A stretch of 64,000 nucleotides of DNA, from contig JBAZAX010000006.1 of the NCBI GenBank assembly GCA_041671765.1, positions 2,231 to 66,230 on the forward strand, written 5' to 3'. Shown one piece after another: positions 27,350 through 35,587 of the stretch (position 1 is the stretch's first letter; each line of letters starts with the position of its first letter). The notes beneath the pieces are model-generated. The model saw only the letters and a program-made list of their open reading frames with translations, did not search any database and was not told the DNA's origin. Both the position numbers and the translations under genes were made by a program. This DNA is from Candidatus Babeliales bacterium (lineage in GTDB: Bacteria; Babelota; Babeliae; Babelales; RVW-14).

Positions 27350-30300
27350 TTATTTCATCTTTAAATCATGCCGGCCTGATAAATCAGCTTTCTTTGTTTG
27401 TTTAAAATCAAAATCAACTTCGCCCAAATGTTTTCCATTTCTGTTTAGAGCTTCAAATCTTCCATGTTGAGAGTCTACAGAATAAAACATACGAGCATTC
27501 TCGTCTTTATAAACATCTCGTTTATTAATTCTTGATAAGTCTCTGTCAAATTTTAAACCACTTGCTTGAGCAACTCTTTCAGCCTCAGTTTTTATCGCCG
27601 CAACTCTTTCACCCGGTGGCATTCTAGAAATTCTCTGTTCAAACTCAATTATTCTAGCAGATCTTCCTGATGCTTGAACAGGTTCAGTTGGAATTTGTCT
27701 GCCGCCATCACCTCTTCTAAAACTTCCCAAGTCTTCAGCAGCCGCTGCGCCTTCGCGCTCAAAATCACCTACAATTCTTGCCACGGCTCCATCAAAAGAG
27801 CCTTCTGTTATAACCAGCTCTGGATTTCTTTGAAGCGCTTCTGCAACCTTTCTCGCAAAATCTTGCCCTTTTTGCTGTGCAATCTTTCTAAATTTACCTA
27901 AATTTTCAGATATTGTTGAAGTTGGTGTAAAAATATTTTTGACTGCTGCTGGCAGGTTTGCAAAATTTGGAATACTGTGTGCAATTTCCTGCTCTCTAAT
28001 TACAAGTTCGCCACATTCTTTTATGGCTGTGGCTGCCAATTGAAGGTTATGTACTCTTGGCAATGTTGTTGCAAATGAAACTTCTAATGCAGGAGTTAAA
28101 TATCTACAAGAAAAAACATGACATAATCCATAAAAAATTAATTCTGTTCTTTCCGGACCTGTCATTGCTTCAAGCTTGTCAACCATCGGCTTAATAATTG
28201 GCTTTAATTCTCTGTTAAACGTTTCTATTCCTAACTCAGGGTTTTCTTCAATCATGCCACCAATTAAAGCCATTTTTGTGCTTAAAATTGTAAGCGCTTT
28301 GGTTCCTTCTTTCAATTTGGCCAAAGTTTCGGCAGGATGTGTAGCAATGTCTGTAAAGAATTGAAGATTTTCAAGCCCGAAACGCTGTAATCCTGCGGCT
28401 GCTCGTTGAGCATGATTTCCAAATATTTTTGCCGTATTTTGCCCGTATTTCACCATGTATCGTGCAGCAAACCTTAATGCATATGCACTTCCATCATCCC
28501 CATCGGTTTGCGCATAGAGATCTGCAAATTTATTTAACACACCCACAAATTCACACGTGCTTTTCAAGGTTGTATCACTACTGGCAATTCGAGCTAGAGC
28601 CTCATTGTAGCTGCTTGTTTTTTCTGTGAATTTTTTAAACTGACCTGGAGTTAAACCTCCACTTTGTGTTGTTGCCGCAGGTTCTTCCATGCCGACGACA
28701 GAGTGCGGAATTACAAAAGGTTCGTCTATCACCGTAGGACTAGAAGAAAAATCTCCTGTCCTTTTTATTTTTAATGGACGAGCTGTATCATCAAAAATAA
28801 TTGGAAAAGCTGATGTCCCAGCAGAACATGCTGCAGATTCCGGATCTTGTGGAACATCTCGCATTTCAACATCATGAGGCAATGTAGTCCGTAAATTTAA
28901 TAGTGGTCGGTCTAAATAAGGAGTGTATCTTGTTTCCTCTGGTCCTTTACCAAAAAAATGTGCACCGTCCATTGGAGGAGGGGACGCAAAAAGATATCTT
29001 AAAAGATGGTCTGTGCCGGCCGTTGCAACGGCCCTTGCTGCTCCAAAGCTAAAATCTCTGGCCGCTACTTTGGATCTTTCAGCAACGGCAGTTGTTGTCC
29101 TTGAAAAAAATTCCCGAACTCTTTCTCCTAATGTTGGTTGTTGTGGTACTGATTTTTCAACTGAGGGTTGAGGTGCTGCACTACTTATATCAGGTCGTAG
29201 ATCATGAGTTTCACCTGAGCGTCTTCCTAGGGATTCTTGCCGTAATCTCTCAAATCCTTCGGGATCATTAACAACAAAATCAGCAATATCCTCAGGTATA
29301 CCAGCACTAATTAAAGATTGCTTTTCTCTGGCCTTACTCTCTTGTTCCAATTGTGCTTGTTGTTGTCGTGGTCTTTGACAAATTCTTTCAAATTCTTCAG
29401 GTTCATATGCCGCCCAATGTGCAATATCTTCAGGAATTCCAGCACTAATTAATCGTTGCATATCTTCGGTTTTATCTTGAGCGCCATCTCCACTACCAGC
29501 AACATTTCCAAGTAACTCTTCAGCTCCCGGACTAGAAGTATAATATCTTATTTTCGTATCAGTTGATAACCTTATTAAATCTAAATCATTCACTTGATCA
29601 GGAAATTTAATTACCAATTTAGGGTCACCATTCTTTGACGAATCTACTGTAGCATCTACAACATAATCACGTTTCTCAGAAGATCCACCAACCCATGTCC
29701 TTGGATTAAGAACTTTAACAACTTTTTTAGTCCCATGAAGAACAGCTTTGGTTCTATAAAATCGTTTTTTTCCGTCTTTAGAAGTTCCTACACATTCAAA
29801 ATCACTTGATAAAATAAGCTCCTTCGACATTCCACGTTTATTTAAAAGATCCGAGAAACCCATATCTTTTGATATAAAATCTTTTATATTTTTTAAATCT
29901 TTTTCAACCTGTTTGGACAAATTTATTGCCAAATCTCTTTGAATGTAAAAAAGATATGTTTCACCATTTGTGCATAATTTGGGAAATTGATTCTGTTTTA
30001 AGGATACAATATACCCAGCAATTTCCTGCTCCCCTATTTTATGAAGTATTGCGGCAGGAACTGCTGCCACGCTATGCAATCGCCCAATAAATTCCTCAGC
30101 TAGTGCTTCCAATTCTGGCACAGTGATCCCTGGTTTTAATTCAAGACGAAGCCTCAACAAATTCTTTAAATCGGTTACTAATAATTCCGTATAATATTCT
30201 ACCGATTGTCCTCCTCCTAGACACGCCTGAGTTAATAAATGTGCATTACGAAAGGCCGAAGCACTGGCTATATTGGCTACAATAACTCCCTTTTGTTCTA

Positions 30301-30877
30301 TTTCACTCAATTTGTCAAATGCTGCGCGTTGTTTTGCCGCAATAATTTTTGCAACAGGAAATGGGTCTATAAGAGACCGCTCAAAAGTCTGGTTACCAGG
30401 ACTCTGTCTAATTTGTATCCAATAATTTTCACCACAGCTCTCAGATTCCACATCTCTGCCGCCTCCACCGCTAGATCCATTACCCCCACCGCCAGATGCA
30501 TCATGACTTCCAGAAGATCCCTCATGAAAACCATCTGAGGCAGCTCCAATTTTACTTGAATGGCGTAACACAAACAACATATATTCATCCTCTGGCTGTA
30601 TTAGATGAAACACCGCTGTCCCATCTTCGAGATTACCAGTTTGAACACAGTAATTTCCTTGTGCATAATTGTGTTTCGCACGTATTTTGTCCCATCTTAC
30701 TATAGATACGTCGTATTCGGTTTTTGTTATTCCGGGATATTTTGAAGCTTCGGTCCAAACCCTATCATACAAAGCCCTTCTATATTCAGGGATTTTATCC
30801 ATTCCATTTGAAAGACCAACCTGATTTACAACAAAAAGATAAATCAAAATATTTTTGAATTTCATGATAACCTCCAA
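27350..30877 (-). CDS. 1175-aa leader-bearing polymorphic-toxin-like protein with C-terminal colicin E3-type cytotoxic rRNase domain
   Basis: C-terminus ...NKRDVYKDENARMFYSVDSQHGRFEALNRNGKHLGEVDFDFKQTKKADLSGRHDLKMK aligns with colicin E3 ...GRKIYEWDSQHGELEGYRASDGQHLGSFDPKTGNQLKGPDPKRNIKKYL as I recall it. The catalytic D, H and E of DSQHGxxE are conserved; DSQHG is at nt 27461-27475. Leader KFKNILIYLFVVNQVGLSNG. Gly-rich tract GSSGSHDASGGGGNGSSGGGG. Confidence 0.8.
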   Translation of the reverse strand: MEVIMKFKNILIYLFVVNQVGLSNGMDKIPEYRRALYDRVWTEASKYPGITKTEYDVSIVRWDKIRAKHNYAQGNYCVQTGNLEDGTAVFHLIQPEDEYMLFVLRHSSKIGAASDGFHEGSSGSHDASGGGGNGSSGGGGRDVESESCGENYWIQIRQSPGNQTFERSLIDPFPVAKIIAAKQRAAFDKLSEIEQKGVIVANIASASAFRNAHLLTQACLGGGQSVEYYTELLVTDLKNLLRLRLELKPGITVPELEALAEEFIGRLHSVAAVPAAILHKIGEQEIAGYIVSLKQNQFPKLCTNGETYLFYIQRDLAINLSKQVEKDLKNIKDFISKDMGFSDLLNKRGMSKELILSSDFECVGTSKDGKKRFYRTKAVLHGTKKVVKVLNPRTWVGGSSEKRDYVVDATVDSSKNGDPKLVIKFPDQVNDLDLIRLSTDTKIRYYTSSPGAEELLGNVAGSGDGAQDKTEDMQRLISAGIPEDIAHWAAYEPEEFERICQRPRQQQAQLEQESKAREKQSLISAGIPEDIADFVVNDPEGFERLRQESLGRRSGETHDLRPDISSAAPQPSVEKSVPQQPTLGERVREFFSRTTTAVAERSKVAARDFSFGAARAVATAGTDHLLRYLFASPPPMDGAHFFGKGPEETRYTPYLDRPLLNLRTTLPHDVEMRDVPQDPESAACSAGTSAFPIIFDDTARPLKIKRTGDFSSSPTVIDEPFVIPHSVVGMEEPAATTQSGGLTPGQFKKFTEKTSSYNEALARIASSDTTLKSTCEFVGVLNKFADLYAQTDGDDGSAYALRFAARYMVKYGQNTAKIFGNHAQRAAAGLQRFGLENLQFFTDIATHPAETLAKLKEGTKALTILSTKMALIGGMIEENPELGIETFNRELKPIIKPMVDKLEAMTGPERTELIFYGLCHVFSCRYLTPALEVSFATTLPRVHNLQLAATAIKECGELVIREQEIAHSIPNFANLPAAVKNIFTPTSTISENLGKFRKIAQQKGQDFARKVAEALQRNPELVITEGSFDGAVARIVGDFEREGAAAAEDLGSFRRGDGGRQIPTEPVQASGRSARIIEFEQRISRMPPGERVAAIKTEAERVAQASGLKFDRDLSRINKRDVYKDENARMFYSVDSQHGRFEALNRNGKHLGEVDFDFKQTKKADLSGRHDLKMK

Positions 30878-30892
30878 ATTTTTTATTTTATA

Positions 30893-31879
30893 TCATTTAT
30901 CACATGCCCCAGCGGCTGCGCTAGATGCTACAGCTCCCGCTACAGGTGCTAATGGTGGGCAAAAAGATCCTACAAAGGCGAAAGCTCCTAAATAAGCTAA
31001 CGATGGCCATAGTTGTGCAAAAAATTTCTTACAGTAATGGGTATCAAATTTATCCCAGTATTCTTTGTCTGTAATCCATTCTCCATTAACCTTTGCCCCA
31101 TTAGCTTTTAATTTTTTGGCAAAAATTTCTAAGTCATTTGGATTAGTAAACGCAATATTGCTAAATAAACTTTTTGTTGCCCAAGAGACTTGGTCTAAAT
31201 TTGTGCAGTTATCAAAATTTAGGTTTAAAAAATAGCTGTTTTTAAAAATAGTTCCAAAAAAGTTGGCACTTGTTACTGAACTTTTTTCATTTCTGCCTAA
31301 AAGACAGCACCTTGAAAAACTTGTTTGATCAAATATGAGACCATTACCAATCTGAACCGTTTCGTATATTTTTACTAAATCGAGTTTTGCTGCCCTAAAA
31401 TTTATATTTTCTAGGGTACATCCAGAAAAATTTACAGTATCCCACTCGCTGCTATCCATATTTATATTGCAAAGCCTAGATACCATAAAATCCGTTTCTA
31501 AGAGCTTTGCATTAGGCATTAGTGAATTACTTATTTCCGAAGAATCAAAAATAACTTTTGCAAAAATACAAGATGTTAAATTGGAATTGTTTAAAATTTT
31601 TGAATTGTTGAATACCAAATCGCAGTATGTAACGGTTGATAAATTACATGAATCAAATGTAACATTTGTAAGCATTGAATTATGAAAAAATGCACCGGTT
31701 AAATTTACGTTTGCAAAAGTAACATCTGACAAATCCATATTTTCGATTTTTGCTTTTGACAAATCTGCATTTTCAAACTTTTTCCCTCCTGCAAGTAATT
31801 CTTTATATACCTGTTGGTCATATGCAAATAAGTTTGCGATATTTAAAATTAAAATAAGTGAAAAAATATATTTCTTCAT
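30893..31879 (-). CDS. Pentapeptide-repeat protein with signal peptide and C-terminal hydrophobic/Cys-rich tail
   Basis: A(D/N)LxX repeats: ADLSKAKIENMDLSDVTFANVNLTGAFFHNSMLTNVTFDSCNLS. Leader MKKYIFSLILILNIANLFA. Tail LGAFAFVGSFCPPLAPVAGAVASSAAAGACDK. Confidence 0.85.
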   Translation of the reverse strand: MKKYIFSLILILNIANLFAYDQQVYKELLAGGKKFENADLSKAKIENMDLSDVTFANVNLTGAFFHNSMLTNVTFDSCNLSTVTYCDLVFNNSKILNNSNLTSCIFAKVIFDSSEISNSLMPNAKLLETDFMVSRLCNINMDSSEWDTVNFSGCTLENINFRAAKLDLVKIYETVQIGNGLIFDQTSFSRCCLLGRNEKSSVTSANFFGTIFKNSYFLNLNFDNCTNLDQVSWATKSLFSNIAFTNPNDLEIFAKKLKANGAKVNGEWITDKEYWDKFDTHYCKKFFAQLWPSLAYLGAFAFVGSFCPPLAPVAGAVASSAAAGACDK

Positions 31880-31889
31880 GATAAATCTC

Positions 31890-33182
31890 CTAATTAGCTT
31901 TTTGTCTTTTTATCTCTGCAGCTATAAAATCCCTAATTTTTGCCTCTTGTTGCTGTTGTCTACCTGTTATACGTTCTTCAGCTCTTGATATGATGCTTGA
32001 TATTGTTCCTTGTGCGGCACTAGATGCTAACGTAATAAAAAAATCTTTCCAATCTTTTTCTGTTGTAGGCCAAAGTACTTTAAATTCGTCTGCAGGAACT
32101 TCATTTACGCAAGCACCCTTGTGTCTTAAATCATCCAAATCTCTTGGATTGCTGCTCACAATGTTATCAAATAGAGTTCCAACTGCTTTTCTAATTCTTC
32201 CAATATTCGTACAATTACCAAGCTTTACATGTTGTATAAGCACATCTTCTAATGATGCTCCATAAAAATCAGAATTTAGTAGAATGCTGTTGATATTTGA
32301 AATACCAAAATCTCTTTGCCAGTCCAAAAATTTAGAATAAGCAAAATTTAAAACTGTAACAGATGGGGAAATCTCACACTCAAATTTTAATAAGTCACCA
32401 TAGAACAAACCAGGATCTTTTCTTATTGCTGGAGAATATTGGGCAAGCTTACTCAGTACACCCATCTTGTTAAAAGAAATGCGAGCGGCCAAATCATCTC
32501 TCTCTGTGATACCATCGGTTCTTTCACCAGATTTTGGAGTTCTGGAAATGGTCTTCCCTCTAATACACCCAGTTTTTATTGTGGCATACCTGAAATTCAA
32601 ATTGGTACCTATGATCGTTGCATTACTTATATCAAGGCCTACGATGTAAGCCCTACTGAAATCTATGTTCATTAGCAAAGATTCGTTAAAATATAGTTCT
32701 TCAGCTTGTATGTGCACCATATTTACATGATCAATTACGGAGGTTGAGAATCTGACATTTTTTAACTTTGCATTAGCAAAAGAAACATTCTGAATTGCAA
32801 CATCTTTTAATATTAGCGAACTTATTGTTGCGTTTTCGAATTTTGTACCATCTGTGATAGCTATGTTATGAGCTGTTATATTTGTTATTGTTGAATTACT
32901 TAAATCCGTGTTCTTTAAAGTTGCGTTACATAATTGAACATTCGAAAGAATTGCATTATTTAACTTTGCATTTGTTAAATTTGCACCATTCAATTTTGTC
33001 CCAATTAATTTTGCGCCTACCAACGATGCTCCTGTTAAATCTGCCCCATTCAAATCAAAGTCGGTTAAATCGGCTCCATCCAACTGAGCATTAACTAAAT
33101 TTTTATCAGAAGATTGAGCTAGTAGTTTTGCACGTTGGAGATCTAATTCTTGTTGTTTTTTGATACCACAAATCTTTGCCAT
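31890..33182 (-). CDS. Pentapeptide-repeat protein (no leader)
   Basis: AQLDGADLTDFDLNGADLTGASLVGAKLIGTKLNGANLTNAKLNNAILSNVQLCNATLKNTDLSNSTI. The C-terminal non-repeat module is paralogous to that of 30893..31879. Confidence 0.85.
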   Translation of the reverse strand: MAKICGIKKQQELDLQRAKLLAQSSDKNLVNAQLDGADLTDFDLNGADLTGASLVGAKLIGTKLNGANLTNAKLNNAILSNVQLCNATLKNTDLSNSTITNITAHNIAITDGTKFENATISSLILKDVAIQNVSFANAKLKNVRFSTSVIDHVNMVHIQAEELYFNESLLMNIDFSRAYIVGLDISNATIIGTNLNFRYATIKTGCIRGKTISRTPKSGERTDGITERDDLAARISFNKMGVLSKLAQYSPAIRKDPGLFYGDLLKFECEISPSVTVLNFAYSKFLDWQRDFGISNINSILLNSDFYGASLEDVLIQHVKLGNCTNIGRIRKAVGTLFDNIVSSNPRDLDDLRHKGACVNEVPADEFKVLWPTTEKDWKDFFITLASSAAQGTISSIISRAEERITGRQQQQEAKIRDFIAAEIKRQKAN

Positions 33183-33255
33183 CTGGTCAATTATTTTTTG
33201 CTGCGCTTCTTTATATTTTTGGCTTTGCTGTATTGGAAATAACCCTACATGGCAC

Positions 33256-35370
33256 TCAGATTCTTTTAATGCGTAAAATAAAAGGACAACCTAAAATTCT
33301 TTGCACCATAGCTGAAGTACCAGCTTGATGACAACGCTGACATGCATAACTTTTATCAAAAAATGGTGCGAAGTGTGCCTCTAAAATTTCTTGAACACTT
33401 TTTAACTGGTTAGGACAAATAGTCGTCTTGGGTTGCACTACCCCACCTTTATCTGAAGTATATTCGCAGCCTAATATATCTTTTCTTTTTAAACACTGAG
33501 TAATTATATTAATACTCAGATTAAGAGGTTGTTTATCTTGGGCATGTAACTGACCAAGTAACAAATTTAAAAATTCATCTGCAACTTGAAAAGCCACTTC
33601 ATGATTTTTACTTTGTTCGATCAATATTTTTGCTTGTTCTACAAGATTTTGATCAGTCACTGGCTCACTCGAGGTTTTTAATTTTTTTATAAGATTAATA
33701 AGACTGAAGACGAAAAAATTATCTTCATAATTATTTTCACTTGAAACCAATTGTGTCTTAAAGTTTTTAAGATTAGAAAGACACTGAACGACTGAATTCA
33801 AATATGGAACTATACTAACTTGCATAAGCCCAACATTTTGACGTTTTTCTAATGCCTCTGCTTGAATTCTTAACTCTTCTTGACGTTTCTTTATCGCCTC
33901 TTCTCGTAGTCTAGCCTCTTCCTGATTTCTCAGGGCCTCTTCTTTTTGGCTGCTATGAGTAATCCAGTCATAAAATTTTCTAAAAAAACTTTTATATTCT
34001 TGTTCCTGTAGTTGCTGAATAGAAGGCAAAGTACCTGCCATACTTGCTGCAGCCTCAGGGTCCTGTAAATCGACGACCTCTTTTCTTTTTTGGCTTGAGG
34101 GTTCCGACAGGTCTGCATCATCATCATTTGGATTAAAACCTCTGGCTTCAGGTCTAGCTCCAGATTGTTGTGCTGCCGGTTGGGCAGGTGCTTGCGCCGT
34201 TGGGCGCTTTTTTTGATAAAACAGAATGTAGGGAGTAAAATTTTGAAAACTTAACGGAAAACTACCTGCTTTAACAATACCTTGTATAACTTGCTCATTT
34301 ATTTCGCTGACGGATGAATCATTGTATACATACCATTTTCCATTTTCAAAATCTTTAACGATAGAGATATAGTGGTTGCAACCGTGACAAACAAAACCCG
34401 CTAATTCATACAAAAGATTTACACCTTCTCGGTTTTTGAGTTCATCTGCTGCATAAGGTTTTAAGTCGAGTTCCATAGTGAATGAGACAGGATTGATTAT
34501 CTTGCGACCATCTGCAGTAAATCTTTTTAACGACATGATTAAAATATCGTGATCTTCTAAAATTTCTGAAGATTTAAAAGATGTGTTAACTTTGTTACAG
34601 CTACCACATTGATAGCCGTTTGCAAGTGATGGATGAAAGAAGTCTGTCAATAACTCCTGTAATTCAGTAAGTGTGTTATGTCTCTCAATTTTATCAAGCG
34701 GCAATGCAATTGTTTCATACGTTTCATGTTTTTGGGACTCGAACGGACATACACTTATACCATCAGTCGCTAAGCATTTAACTTTCTGATTAAGCTTTAA
34801 CTCTAAAGAAATTTTGTCCGGTTCATGAATTTGGCTTAATAGTAAAGTTAAAAATTCATCAGCATCCTGAATAGATTTTCCTTTATTGGCAGGAATATCC
34901 TCAATTAACTTTTTTGCCCGCTCAGTAAAGTCTTTATCTTTTACCTCTGATGCACTGGTTGTTCTTAAATTTTCAAATAATTTTATTAAATTTAAAACAA
35001 GAATTTTTTTAGCACGATTTTCTGGCGTATCGTCAATACGTTCTTGTTGATAAAATGCTTTGTTTCCCAATAATGTTGATCTGAAAACTTTAAGATTTGA
35101 AAGACACTGAACAACGGCATTTATATAACAAATGTTACGGCCGCCATTTTTTAAGCCCACATTCCTATGACTTGCAACAGTTCTTGTTGAACTTACTGAA
35201 TCAAATGTCCTTTTTTGGCCCTCTGGAGTTCGAGAAGCTTGAGTACTTTCAGTTTCGGGTTGATCATCCTCTGCATCTCGCATTGCGTAAAGATTAACTT
35301 GTAAAAGTGCCTGAAACAGCACAAACAGCATCGAAAGAACATGAAAATTCTTCTTCACGATAACCCCCAT
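33256..35370 (-). CDS. Tandem USP protein: one intact USP/UCH (C19-like) deubiquitinase domain plus a degenerate, truncated second copy
   Basis: Domain 1 has Cys box GLKNGGRNICYINAVVQCLSNL (Cys81, nt 35128-35130) and His box CHGCNHYISIVKDFENGKWYVYNDSSV. Domain 2 has NVGLMQVSIVPYLNSVVQCLSNL, where Pro replaces the catalytic Cys, and ends at ILRIKRI before any His box. Leader VLSMLFVLFQALLQVNLYA followed by Met30. Confidence 0.8.
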   Translation of the reverse strand: MGVIVKKNFHVLSMLFVLFQALLQVNLYAMRDAEDDQPETESTQASRTPEGQKRTFDSVSSTRTVASHRNVGLKNGGRNICYINAVVQCLSNLKVFRSTLLGNKAFYQQERIDDTPENRAKKILVLNLIKLFENLRTTSASEVKDKDFTERAKKLIEDIPANKGKSIQDADEFLTLLLSQIHEPDKISLELKLNQKVKCLATDGISVCPFESQKHETYETIALPLDKIERHNTLTELQELLTDFFHPSLANGYQCGSCNKVNTSFKSSEILEDHDILIMSLKRFTADGRKIINPVSFTMELDLKPYAADELKNREGVNLLYELAGFVCHGCNHYISIVKDFENGKWYVYNDSSVSEINEQVIQGIVKAGSFPLSFQNFTPYILFYQKKRPTAQAPAQPAAQQSGARPEARGFNPNDDDADLSEPSSQKRKEVVDLQDPEAAASMAGTLPSIQQLQEQEYKSFFRKFYDWITHSSQKEEALRNQEEARLREEAIKKRQEELRIQAEALEKRQNVGLMQVSIVPYLNSVVQCLSNLKNFKTQLVSSENNYEDNFFVFSLINLIKKLKTSSEPVTDQNLVEQAKILIEQSKNHEVAFQVADEFLNLLLGQLHAQDKQPLNLSINIITQCLKRKDILGCEYTSDKGGVVQPKTTICPNQLKSVQEILEAHFAPFFDKSYACQRCHQAGTSAMVQRILGCPFILRIKRI

Positions 35371-35398
35371 TATTAAATAATTGTTTTGTAAAAAAAAT

Positions 35399-35444
35399 AA
35401 ATTACAACTATTTGTAATTTAATATATTAAAAGCGCTTAGTCAA
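35399..35444 (-). promoter_or_regulatory. Candidate sigma70 promoter with overlapping 9-bp inverted repeat (operator-like) for the USP/pentapeptide/toxin operon
   Basis: Minus strand: TTGACT (35439-35444), a 17-nt spacer, then TAAATT (35416-35421). The inverted repeat aaattacaa-ctat-ttgtaattt (35399-35420) overlaps the -10. It lies about 30-75 nt upstream of ATG 35370. Confidence 0.35.
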
Positions 35445-35450
35445 AGGCCT

Positions 35451-35459
35451 GGGGGGGGG
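35451..35459. repeat. Homopolymeric G9 (C9 on the minus strand) tract immediately upstream of the candidate -35
   Basis: ggcctGGGGGGGGGtataaag read directly from the sequence. This is the longest G/C run I noticed in the window. Confidence 0.9.
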
Positions 35460-35587
35460 TATAAAGTTTTCATGCTGAAACAAATTTTAATGCGTCGACG
35501 GGAAAGATCGGCATGGCTGAAATAATTGTCTCAAAAAACTGTAATTCGCGTAAATCAATGCCTCAAAAACGGTAAAGCTCGGACGGA

